DNA from: Catajapyx aquilonaris
Lineage: Eukaryota
Direction: 5' to 3'
Assembly: GCA_000934665.2 (NCBI GenBank)
Contig: KZ537982.1
Coordinates: forward strand, 62,001 to 126,000
Length of the DNA stretch: 64,000 nt
A program made the position numbers and the translations under genes. The notes under the pieces were generated by a model that was not told the origin of the DNA, ran no database searches, and saw only the letters and a program-made list of their open reading frames with translations. Positions 26,101-38,100 of the stretch are shown piece after piece; position 1 is the stretch's first letter; every line of letters starts with the position of its first letter.

Positions 26101-29100
26101 CCGAGTTAACTCGTACCTCTTGCTTGATGGACCTTAGGGATTTGCCGCATTATGGCTCATCCGGCAGACAACAAAAAGTCGCATGGATTTACAATTCAGA
26201 TGGAGAAGCGGAAGGAAATGGGTGTAGATTTCTCGCGGGATTTCAAAATGTGCTTCAGACCATTTTGAGGGGGTTATGGAAGTGAGAAGCGAGCTCAGAC
26301 TGCAATCCCAGTCCTTAATTGTTGACACAAAAAAATTGGCAGTGAACAGGATGAGCCTTAAGGTGCGTATATATGTATGAGAAAACGGATGCATCTGTTG
26401 TTCACCTTGAGAATCAAACGGAAATCGAAGTGTGGGGTAATCCTGTTGCCATCGGATATTGGGAAGTTCAGCCAGCTTCTATAGAGAGGGGGAATCCAGT
26501 CGCCGTTTTGGTACATTGGGGGATATCCGGATAATCGATGGAAACTAACCCCGGGGTAAGTTTTGCTTCAGAGGGGCATCCTCCCCTTGACCACAGTTGA
26601 TGCGATGTCCAATTTGACGACCTGTTGCGTGGCAACTGCTAATCCGGCAATGGTCCAAAATTATTTGTCCGATTTCATGACTTAACAGGAGGTTGGCAAA
26701 ATAACAAGTGGTATCAGAGAAAAAAAAACACACAGGTGGGAGTGTCTGAAAAATCCCGCAATCCCCAGGCAACCCGTTAACAGCGTAATCGTTTTATCAC
26801 CCGGTGTGCCGCGGCGCACAGTAAATAAAACAAGGCACATGAAACATCCGGTTTCCTGACTAGGGAGGGTTTCGCGGGAAAACCCCCTCCATCCACTGGA
26901 AGGCCGCCCTTCAAAATTGCTATTTGGACGAGCAGCAGGATCGATATTGTGCGAATCTGCAGGCTGGTGTAGCCGGAGTTTGTTCCTCTGGAGCTTCTTG
27001 GCAACTGGGCTAATCTGGCGAGTATGCTGTTGAAGGACGGTAACCTGCGGGGGTTTGTTTATTTTGCAATATTTTGCAATTATTGTGGGTAATTTGGCAG
27101 GATTCTTGATTCTGTAACACATTCGGATGGTACAGGTTAGAATGGGGGCATTGTGCTGCCTTGTCGAGTTGAGGTAAATGGCCGGGGTTTGTCGTACTGT
27201 AAGTTCCAGTTCGATATTTGCCTGTTTCCCACGCTCCACGATACTGTATGACTAGCATCGTGAGACCTTGCGTCATAGCAGACCTGTCTACTGCCGCATT
27301 GAGAGGACTTGCTAGGTGGCCTTCAAACGCCTGGAGATACACATAGGTTCTTCTGGATAATATGCAACCATTAGAAGTGACATGGCAAATACCTTCAAAG
27401 GGGCCGGTTGTACGATCGCTGGTAAATTCTGAACAAGTGATTGAACTATGTTATGAATATACCATCGATCACGCAACCCGACCCTTAGGTTACTGCATCA
27501 TTGAGTTGGGGGTAATCCATGGCTGTGTGACCAATTCCTCAGTGGGGGACACCCTAAAAGCCAGGGGGGCTCTTGAATTTTCCAGACCCCGGAATTATGA
27601 CACGTATATTCGCGCTCGACGACACCTTTTGTCCAGTTAGAAAATTTACGCCCAAACTGCGCTGTATATTTCCAAGCAGTATTCCAACGGAGGCGAAGGT
27701 TTTACAGCTGGCCTAACAGGGTCGTTCATCTTGGTAAACGTCCTGTGACAGGTATCCATCCGGACAATCGCAGCTCGTTGTGAGCGACCTGAACGAATCG
27801 TGGGGAGGAGAATATTGACGGGAAAGGGATTGTGTGGGGACCTTCTTAGAACCGGACCCAACCGGGCTACAACCCAAATCTGTTGTCCTTTTTTCTTGTC
27901 CACTACCCCCACGGCCCAGTCAGTGCTGGACTGTGCCACGGAGCAGGTTGAGTATATTCTGGACGTTTCTAGTTATCTGTTTTTAGGGGGGCGGGTGTTT
28001 ATCCAGCTGTGGGCTATCACCTGTTTGATAGGTGACATTCAGTCAACAGTGTGATGTTGACCTACTGCAATTTTTCTGATTTGGTTACCGTGTCGCACGG
28101 GGGTGCCCGCTGGATATGTTTCAACCGAAGTTGGCGACACTTCCACATCTAATGGTCGCGAATTAGCATCGCCGAGTTGTCATCCGGGGAAGAGGATGAT
28201 GGTTGTTAGACCCTGGGAGCTAGGGGTGCTGAATCCGGATGAAGGGAAGGCCCGGAGAGGAAGAGCGGCACGAGCGGCATCTATCGATTCCGGGGTGCTA
28301 TACGGAGGGTTTTTTAAAAAAAGAAAAAAAAAGTAGGGGATTGGGGTGGCCATGGTAACCACCGCCGAAGACTTTTGACTCTGCGAACTCTACCGATGGC
28401 AGACACAACCATTCATGCCTGCTAATGGGGCGCAATGTAACTGCAAGGGTGATCCACGGCGAAAGGAATGCACCGAGATCCGCTTCCTTGCCGCGGGCGA
28501 CCTTGCGATTCGGTGCGCCGTCAGGTTTTCCTCCCGTGCAATCAGGGGGGGTAATTGATCTCGCAGCACATGTAAGTTGAGACGGGCTTGGGTTCCGGTT
28601 TTTTTATCCTGAGGACCAACAGGTCGGATTTTTAGCGACCGGTTGTGACTGGCCAACACTGCACCGGTTGTGTGGTCAGTGATCGCTGGATGGGGGGGGG
28701 GGGGCANGTGGACCTGGGTGGGTTTCAAATGGACGGAAGCGGAATGGAGGTCAATTGGCAAGGGAGCGGTGGACCTATTTGTGGAATTTATGCACGGCTG
28801 GGATTTTCGGGTGTTGTCTGGTGTCTGAGCAAGGAGCAAATCCGTAGCATTTGAAGCGCAATCGACGCATACCTCATGATTGTGCAATGTGTTCGTGCAA
28901 AGGACAGGTTCGGAGGCTGCTGCTGCCTTGAACAAGAAAACTGGGTGCTTCAAGGATAAATGACCACAGCGGTTCCGGAACACCCCCAACAAACGTACCG
29001 CCCATTTTCTCACCCGCTTGACGTCAGGCCGCATCCCACGCGAACCCACAAAATATATGATGTTTTGGCCTAAAAAAAAGTGGCTGATTGTATGTAAATC

Positions 29101-32100
29101 CTGTCCGCCTTCTGTAATGCGTAGGGTAATTCAAGCAAGGTGTATTGAAGTATGCGTGTATGGCTTGTCAGTCACGGGCCATTCGAGAGCGTGTGCAGAT
29201 GTGAATATGGAGCAGGTGAGCAGGCGCTTTTTTTGTGTGTATAGTGCGCCGGCGACGTGCGTTTTGGCGCAAGGACGTCAGGCTGGAAATAGCTTCACGG
29301 GCGGTTTTTACAAGTAACCGGCGACGCCATGCGCCACTTCCAGCCAGGTCTCTCAACCTGGGGGGGGGGATATTCCAGATGGATATTGTACAGTAGTTAT
29401 TTATTGGAGAAAATGGGGCAGGTACCAATCGCGGCATCCTTGCCTGTTTTTGGGGCTGCTAAGCTCAGGTAGAGCAGCTGAGACATGGGAAGGGAAACGG
29501 CCTTGCAGCTGTCTTTGTTCGGGGTTTGGGACCATCGGAGGAGGAGGAGGAGAAAAGAAAAGAACCTGAGCAGCTGCTGGCTGCTGGCATGGGAAAAAGG
29601 AAAGGCGGTGGTGGTGGTGGGGGATTGTACAGGTAAAAAGCGAACCCCCATGTCCTCCTTGTGTGCTTCTTCCTGTCTTTCCACGCTGTGCGAATCTGTG
29701 TGCAAATATGGGGTGGTCAATATAAGGAGTGCGCGCGCATGGGCACGTGGCCGGACATACCCTGCATGGCGGGGGAGTATAGGACGCATGAGCGAGAAAA
29801 GATGTTTGCGAAAAGTTTTTTTTTTGCTGGGGGTTATCGAGCGTACGGAGGGTATTTATTCACGTGGGTGATATTCGTATGTGGCCTAGTGACGGGGCAC
29901 GCGAAGGCCTTGGGATGATGAGGGCTTGTTGATGCGGTTGTACTCGTTGATGACGACAAGAGAGCACCTGAACTTCTCAACTTGACCGCTTTCATATTTT
30001 TGTAGCTAAGACATAAATCACGTGGAAATGTCAGCCAAGTAGTTTACCAAATCGCGGAAAACACGTGGGCTCGTTACTCGTTAGCAGTACCTGCCAACCA
30101 CTAACCGTATATTAACCCGTATTGCAACAAATTCTTACTAGCAGAAGCACGAGGCTTCTCAGAAGGACGCGGTTATTTGTGAGAGCGGCAAGTTCAATGA
30201 CAAAGATAATAATGGCCTGTTATGATCCGAAACGATGAACCCGACCTGGCGGAGAAACTTGAGAGAGATGAACCGATATCCAAACATTTTTGAAAGCCTC
30301 AGGCCTTGGAACCGACCTTGGCCTCTTCAGACTTTATTTTTGCCTTTTGGCGATTCCGGAGGCCATTTTTGCTACCGAGTTAGAGGGAAACCCAGGGTCG
30401 AAATGATCAACGTGGGCGAAAGATGCGAACATGTGACCAGCTGATCCCGTGGGAACAGACAGCATTGGTGGAACTAGTGCAGATCAAAATCAGGGAAGGA
30501 ACTGGCATAAGGGGAGGAAGAAATACGACCGATGGATACAATGCAACGAAAGGCCAACCTGACGAACAAAAGCACCCCCCGGCTGAGCTGGCCAGATTGT
30601 GCGTATCGATTCGATGGGGACTTTGCATCATCGTCATCATCATCATCCACATGCTGGCCCCCTTGTCTACATACTCCCCTTCGCCAACAGTGGGGTTCAG
30701 GGTTTTTGCATATGATGGTAGGAAGAAGAGGGTGGCCAACTGGCTTGCTATTCACTTGTTGCGAATCACTGCTCGCCAGCTGGCGATGAAATCCTGGAAT
30801 TTTTAGGAAGAATTTACATGGTGCAAGTGTTCCCCACTGACTATAGGTCCCGAGGGCCCGGATTTCATTACCTGCTGGCATATTAGAATGTTGCAATAGT
30901 GATTGCATCCGTGATGACATCTTGGGGAAGGGCGGTCGTAAAACCGTGTCGCCTTCCTGAAAGATACGGATCGGTTACAAACGTGGGGTGTCGAGTATGG
31001 GGCATCTGAGTCACGAAAACACTTTCTCTCGCCACACACTCACACGTTCACCCTCATTGATCTGGAGTGAAGTTTGGCAACAGTGGGCTGCAGATTCTGG
31101 GCACTAGGGCTACACACACACCCCCCAAATCGATGGGACCGGTGTGCCATGTGGCAACCGGGCGCCCAAGAGTCTTTTGCCCGCCATGTTGTCCGTGTTC
31201 ATGTAATGATGCGTGCTTGGGAGGCCACCTGCAATGGAAGAGACCCTATTTTTATTTTTTTTACAGAGCATGCAAATCGGAAGGGCGAAGGTCGATTGGA
31301 GGTGTACCGGCGGTACTGTTGGGCCGTTGAGGACCCAGGAAAAAAAAAGGGTTGAGGAAATATGACGGGTAGCTTCTCCCTATTTATCGTGTGGATTTTT
31401 GCGGTGTCCCCTCGGTTCTTTTGTGTACGTGCATGGGAGCATGGGGGACTAATAGATGCCGTGGAGGTGCCATCTGTCATTACCTGAGAGCCAGATCTTA
31501 TCACCACTTAACCTTTTCCAGGAGTGACGTGTTGACTAAGGTCTTTAATGGATGGATTGGATGGGTGCATGGGGGAAGTTAAGAGAATCTCACGTGAGAT
31601 TGCAACCTATTAGCGATTTTCAGAGCATCCGGATGACACAGTGCGATTCTTCAGCGTTGTTGTTTTAAGAAAATTCCAGGCTTTGACTTGGTCAAACTTT
31701 GCACCTGTTTCCGACACATATGAAATGACTTTTTTCTGGCCATGCGTGCTCTTCTTCCTTTTTGTTTATGCGGGGCATGTGAGTGTCGCGTGCTCTGGAC
31801 AAGTGTTTCCTGCTCGTGTACCTACTACTGATTTTTACTTTCAACTCTTTCCCCACTTTCTGATCCTCAGGTGCGAACGAATGGATGGGGCGGGTGGGAA
31901 GAAGGAAGCTATTTGTCAGTCCTATCTTGGCAGAATCCGCCCTTTTTGTTTTGTACAATTTTTTGTTGGTTATGCCACATAGCGGGCTTGTTTTTTTTTG
32001 AAGACTGCCGTCGTAAAGTAAACATTGTGTATGTTGATGATGAATATAGGGACAATGTTGGTCATACCGAAGGGAAATTCCGAGTTTGCAAACACATGGC

Positions 32101-35100
32101 AGGGGTGTGCTGTAAACATTTTATAGGACGCTTGATTATGTTTGTGCTGAGAGTATATCTTGTGTACTTTACGCTGTTGAATAACATACTATTTGTAGAT
32201 GGTGTTAGGATTGATTAATTTTTGTGATTGTGTGTCGGTTGGGGGACGCAAAAAAATTGTTTGAGCGTACGAACGTGGCTCATGTACATTGCACATGTCA
32301 AGGTCTCGATTGGGAATCACATTTTTTGTTTTGATAGGTGGATTGACAGTAGAGGTCGCCGTTGTTGTTCGTGGGAGGGTTAGTAATGTGCGGAACTTAC
32401 GTGGTATGACACGTGGCTTGCGACAACATGCTGGTATTTATGAAAACATCTTATTGCAATATTTTGTGTGTCATCACCCAACCGGTTTTGGGATACCATT
32501 CCGATGCCATTGCACGCTTGCTCTGATGGAGTGCGACGAATGCGACTCACCGACAGATTGGAGATTTGCCGTGAAACTTTTTTTTTTTTTTTTGGAGGGA
32601 CTGAAAATAAGGAATCAGCGCACGTTTCCACTGGTGGGAGCGCCACTTCGGAACAAAGACAGGAAAAAAAAACTTGGAACCACAATACTCATAAGCGATT
32701 TAAAACCCCTGGGTGAACAGTGTAGGAAAAAAAAGAAGAAAAAAAAGAATGCGTGGTGTCTCGTCCTTGAAAGAGGCCGTTGCCTTACTGGGAAGTGGAT
32801 TAACCCGCTCTTCGGCAAGTCAGCCGCGGAACAAAGGTTGCTTGAAATCTTCTAGATGACCACTCCTGGGAGATGCAGCTTCAGTGATCCCCACATGCTG
32901 GAATGCGAGACAGGAAACTGGACATAAAAAAAAGCCAAAATACCTTTCCAGGTAGACGCCTGAACATTTTTTCGCACAGTATGGACACTTATTGTTGGAA
33001 CACCTGCAGAATTTTTGCATGTCCATCATTTGGAGAGGGGGAATCAGGTGGGCAACAAAATGCGAAATGAGGCCAGGTGCTGTGACTTTGTTGGCAGCAG
33101 GTTCTGTCGTTTCACCTGCTACAGAAGAGAACCCCGCCCACAGTTACCACCCGTAATGATTAGGATTATTATTTTTTTCATGTTGGATTTAACGTTCACT
33201 TGCACCCTAAGCAAGTCCCGGATATTACTCAGGGTCAACCATTGCCAGGGCGAAGAATTCAGAGGGCGCCATAAGAATGTTGGTGAAAGGAAACCAGCCC
33301 TTCATTGTAGAAATTTTGGGAGCCGTGTCCTGTGGCCCACCCGCTGGGTTTGTCACCTGGGGAGAAGATACAGTAATGTCAAATCCTTGTGGGAAACCTG
33401 GCAGGGTTTTGGAGAAAACTGTTCAGGGCAGGTGTATTTTTGACCCTCCCACCCCCTCAGACCCCACCCAATTTACCTGAGGGGTTTGCGTGTAGTCTCA
33501 GCTGTCCCGCTTTTTCCAAGGGGGTGGACCGGATGGGGAAATTAACGTGGACAACTGCCGATAAGGGATTGCATCAAACAAAAATTGCCATTGTTCAACC
33601 GCGATTTCAATGATTGCATGAACTGGTCACTTTCACTTAAACATGGAGACAAGATTTATCGGAAAACGCTTACGGGTCATTTTCGGGTCAGTTCGGACAC
33701 AGTAATGGGCACGTGTGTCTGCCAGATTGCGCATCGGAAGTATGAGATACGGCTTTTTTTGCTGAATTCGCTTCTATTGGCTGGTTTGTGTCATGTGGTT
33801 TCTGGGAAACCTGCCCGCATTGGCGTGTGTTGTTGCATCGCATGGCCATGGCCCGGTTGACGGCCGGAATTGCCGGAATTAAGTTGCACCTGCAAGGGCA
33901 CGTGGCGCCGGCCCACCTGCTTGGACATGCCGATCAAAAAAAAAAAAAAAGAAGTGCATGGTGCAACAGAGAGTCCAATAATGATCCCTTTGTTAGATTA
34001 AATTGCGAGATTCAGAGAGGGGGTAGGAGACAATGCGTGCTTTCCCCCTATACAGAGAGGCAAAACCCTAAGTCGTGAATTATTGGAGGAGGTTAGTCCT
34101 ACATCATCCGAGACGGAAATTGCCGCTCATAAATGTTGCAGGGGCGGACGGACCTCTCCCCGGATCGATTGGACCGAATTGTCACTTTTCAAGGGAGGCT
34201 GAGGAAAACGAGGCCCTAGGGATCGGGTGCGGCACACGTGTCCGCCAGTCTTACTTCCTGCGCATATGTAACACACGTGGTCACAGATGCTGACCCAGAA
34301 TAGAGTAAGAACCAGGGAGGGTACTGTTACCTGCGTTTGAGTCTTTTGATGGTGGTGCTAGGGAAGGATGGGATTATTATCGGATGCTGTTTGGGGGGTT
34401 CAGGGACCAGGCGAAACCATGGGATAGAGCGTCTGCGGGGTTGCCAGGCGGCCGTTTTATGGGTTGCGGCTTTTGTTCAAAGGGGGAGGGCAACGTTTCC
34501 GGTCGGTAGGACACACTGGGGGATCAAGTTGGCGGTGCGATGCGAAAGGGTGGGGGGTGATTCATATCGGCAGCCATTTTGATCATTTAAAACCCGCACC
34601 CCAAAATAAACACATTAAAAAAAATCATGTATGTTACAAGTATTGTGAATAAAAAAATATTGCGTAGGAATTTGGCGCGTGTGTACAAACTGTATACACA
34701 TTTAATTTAGGGTCGTAATTTTGACGCGGGTGGTGACGCTTGGCCAATCCGTTTGTGCTTTGCAATTAACTTTATTTTTTGCGCGCACGTGTTTACAACA
34801 GGCAAACCGGAATATGTTGATGGCCAGAAAGAAAAGGGGCAGCCACATTTAAACCGATTTTATTGGCAGTCAGTGACCCGGATGTCAATCTCCAAGGCGA
34901 TTTGTTGAGAATCTTGAATCATTAAAGGGAGGGTGATTCACGAGGAAGCCGGTGGCGAAAAAAAAAGAAAAAAAAATCGGAAGTGCTTATCGCATTTGCC
35001 GGAATGAATCTCAAGTCGTGATATCTGGAAGTGAAATCATTCAGATTGGTGTACATCTGTTAATAAAGCGGAAACTAGTGGCGTAATGCATATATTTTTA

Positions 35101-38100
35101 AATGTACTGTACAGTGTGTATATAAAAAGGTGCGTGGGATGTATGATGTCACGCGCGAGTGGCGTCCTTCGGCAAGCAAGTGCAAGTGAAGGAAGGGCTA
35201 GTACTACACCGATGCAAATTGGGAGAGAAAGTAAAAGGTTCCTGACCTTTGCATAGTCTTGTGGGTCCTTGACCCTGAGTGGGTGGAAAAGTGGGTCAAG
35301 GCAAAAAAAAAAAAAAGCGACGGATGCTGTGAATCTAGAACCACGTGACCAAGTATGTCTTTCGAAATTTGACAGGATGAGTGAGTCATGGTTGTAAGTA
35401 CCGTAACTTCGCAGATTCTGGGGAAGCCCTGAGTATGCCTGTGATTTGGCAACGGGATGAGTCAAATGACCTCAGGTAGTATAGTGATTCCAGGAATTGA
35501 GCAGTGCATAGGGTTCAAATGCATGACGTTATAAAGGCATGGGAAAGGAGATTTTGGACCGGCTTCATAGAGATATGGCACAGATTCTGGGAAAAGTATC
35601 AGGAAAGCTCAGAGTTCGCTGATTACAAAGGGAAACAACATACGAGATGCTGTGTGGTTTCAAGATATTTGGGAGGCTTCCTTGAAAAGGGCGCTTTATC
35701 AAGGTGTAGTTGGAATGACGTCCTGATGGGGGATATGCCCCGCTCGCAATTCCCGCCCACACAAAGCAATATTTCCGGGAAATATGAGGGAGTCATTCGA
35801 CGTGGGTTTTTGCGAGGCCTGGTAGTGAGCTAGTGATGCTGGGGATTTTGGGGAGGTTGGATGTGTGCACGTGCTCCGGTGTCATTGGTACAGTGTTATA
35901 TGGGAAGAAGGGATTTGTGATATTGTGCAATGTTTAATGAGCCTTTTTTTCATTTTCAGGGCCATCAAATCATTTCAACAGCTTCTGTACATTGATCCAG
36001 GATTCAGCAGAGCCAATGAAGTTCATCTGCGCCTGGGGCTTATGTTCAAAGTGAACACTGATTTTGAATCGGCTTTGAAGCACTTTCAGCTTTCGCTCCT
36101 TGACTCCAGCTCGTGTACCTTCTCCAGATTGGAGAGTAAGTGCATTGCATTTTCATTGTCGCAGGATTAATAACGATGGATGTGTAATTTGTTTTCAGTT
36201 CGCTTTCACATTGCTCACCTTTATGAAGTTCAGGGAAAACACAAGACTGCCAAGGAAGCATATGAACAGCTAATTAAAGAAAAAGACCTGCCTATCCACT
36301 TGAAAGCTGACATATTCCGCCAAATAGGTACGTTGTCATTCACACCTAGCCTCCTGTTAGCCAGTTCAGCTTGCGGTATAAAATGTTGGCATTTCAGGAT
36401 GGATGTACCATACTGTTGAGCCATTGGGAGAGAAGAATCAGCGGGAAACACTAGCCATCCGTTGCCTTGAGAAATCAACTGAATCCGACCCGAAATCGGG
36501 CCAAAGCCTGTACCTCCTTGGCCGCTGTTATGCAAGTATCGGAAGAGTTCACGATGCCTTTCTTGCCTACCGCAAGTCGGTGGACAAATCCGAGGGCAAT
36601 GCTGACACCTGGTGCTCCATAGGGTGAGGCAATTTAAAGCGACAGTATTGCTTTCCTAGTGATGATTACAGTTGTTATAATGTGCCTTTGTTGTTTTATC
36701 TCGCAGAGTGCTTTATCAGCAGCAAAACCAGCCTATGGATGCCTTGCAAGCCTACATATGTGCTGTGCAATTGGATAAGTGTCATACAGCTGCGTGGACT
36801 AATCTAGGTAGGAACGAGTTCAAGTGGGCTTCTCACGAAGGGCTGAGGATGTGGACATGCTCATTTATAACTGAATGTTTGCTTTCTAATGCCTTCAGGA
36901 ATTTTGTACGAGCATCAAAACCAGCACAGAGATGCTCTGGCATGCTATGTAAATGCGACCCGAGGGACCAACAAGCCAATGAATCCCAACCTGAGTCAAC
37001 GGGTTAAATTCCTTCAGACCCAACTGAATAATGCACCAATGCCTAGCCTAAGTAACAGGTTTGTTATTCTTACTTAACCACACACACAACCAAACTCCTT
37101 TTCAAATGCCCATATGCCCAACTCTGACCTTCCTGGCAATACTGGATAACGTGTAGTTGCAGTGAGTTACAATAATATTTTTCCACAGGCCGAGACAATT
37201 ACCCACGATAGAGGAAGCTTGGAATCTGCCCATTTCAGCAGAGATGACGACGAGACAGCAGCAACAGCAGCAGCAGCAAGTGCACGTGGGTCACAGACCC
37301 AACGTTTATCAGAAGGGCTATGCCCAGGTAACGTATTTAGATAACGTGTCATTTACTGAATGTCGTTGACTTTTCCTTCGCTTTAATAAATAGGGAGGAC
37401 AGGCCCATCCAGGGATGATTCCTAATGGAATCAATGGCCACCCGCAAGGTCCACCACCGCCATATCCAGGACAGTCGCAGGTGCAGGTCCATAACATGGC
37501 AGGCCCAAAGCGATTCAAGGTGAGCCACTTGTTCTTCAGTGGGGTAGTTCCGAAATTGAACCATGGCTGCTCTTGTTCCTCTCATCTCTCCAGTGGCGAC
37601 AGTATGAATACAGATGAAAAAGTACCTCCCTTGAGAGACCTCACCCCTATCTCAATAGTTAAGATTATTATAATTGATAGTAATACATATATTGATTATT
37701 CTCATCTCATTGATAAGTGTAATAACTGTCTGTCAGGTGTACATTTGTTGTCTCACTTTTAAAAGAAATGGTTTGTATGGTTACCACCTGATAACTTTGG
37801 ACCAAGAGACATGGGCAAATGTGTAATCTCTTCCTTCCAGAGGGTTGGAACTTCGTGATGCCACACCCATCTATTGACTTGTTACATATCCCCTAATTTG
37901 CATTGTTAAAAATCCACACATGAAGGTGGGAGAGAGTACTTAATGGATCAGCCCAAACAGAGTTATTGTGTAGCTTGACTAGCGACTGTACGAGGTGCTA
38001 CCAAAAGTTCCCGAACAGATTTTTTTCTGAAAAATGAGCTTACCGCATGCCTTATTTTCATTAATCACCGTCGAAGTAGTCCTCTTTTGAACATAGATAC

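Noticed and set aside
12400..35900. Dozens of 60-220-aa ORFs in the large UTX intron (e.g. 17024-17671, 19620-20258, 28390-29049, 32289-32855)
   Set aside because: No recognisable domains, they are full of homopolymer-derived poly-F/K/G/P runs, and there is no coherent exon chain. They are consistent with chance ORFs in moderately GC-rich DNA.
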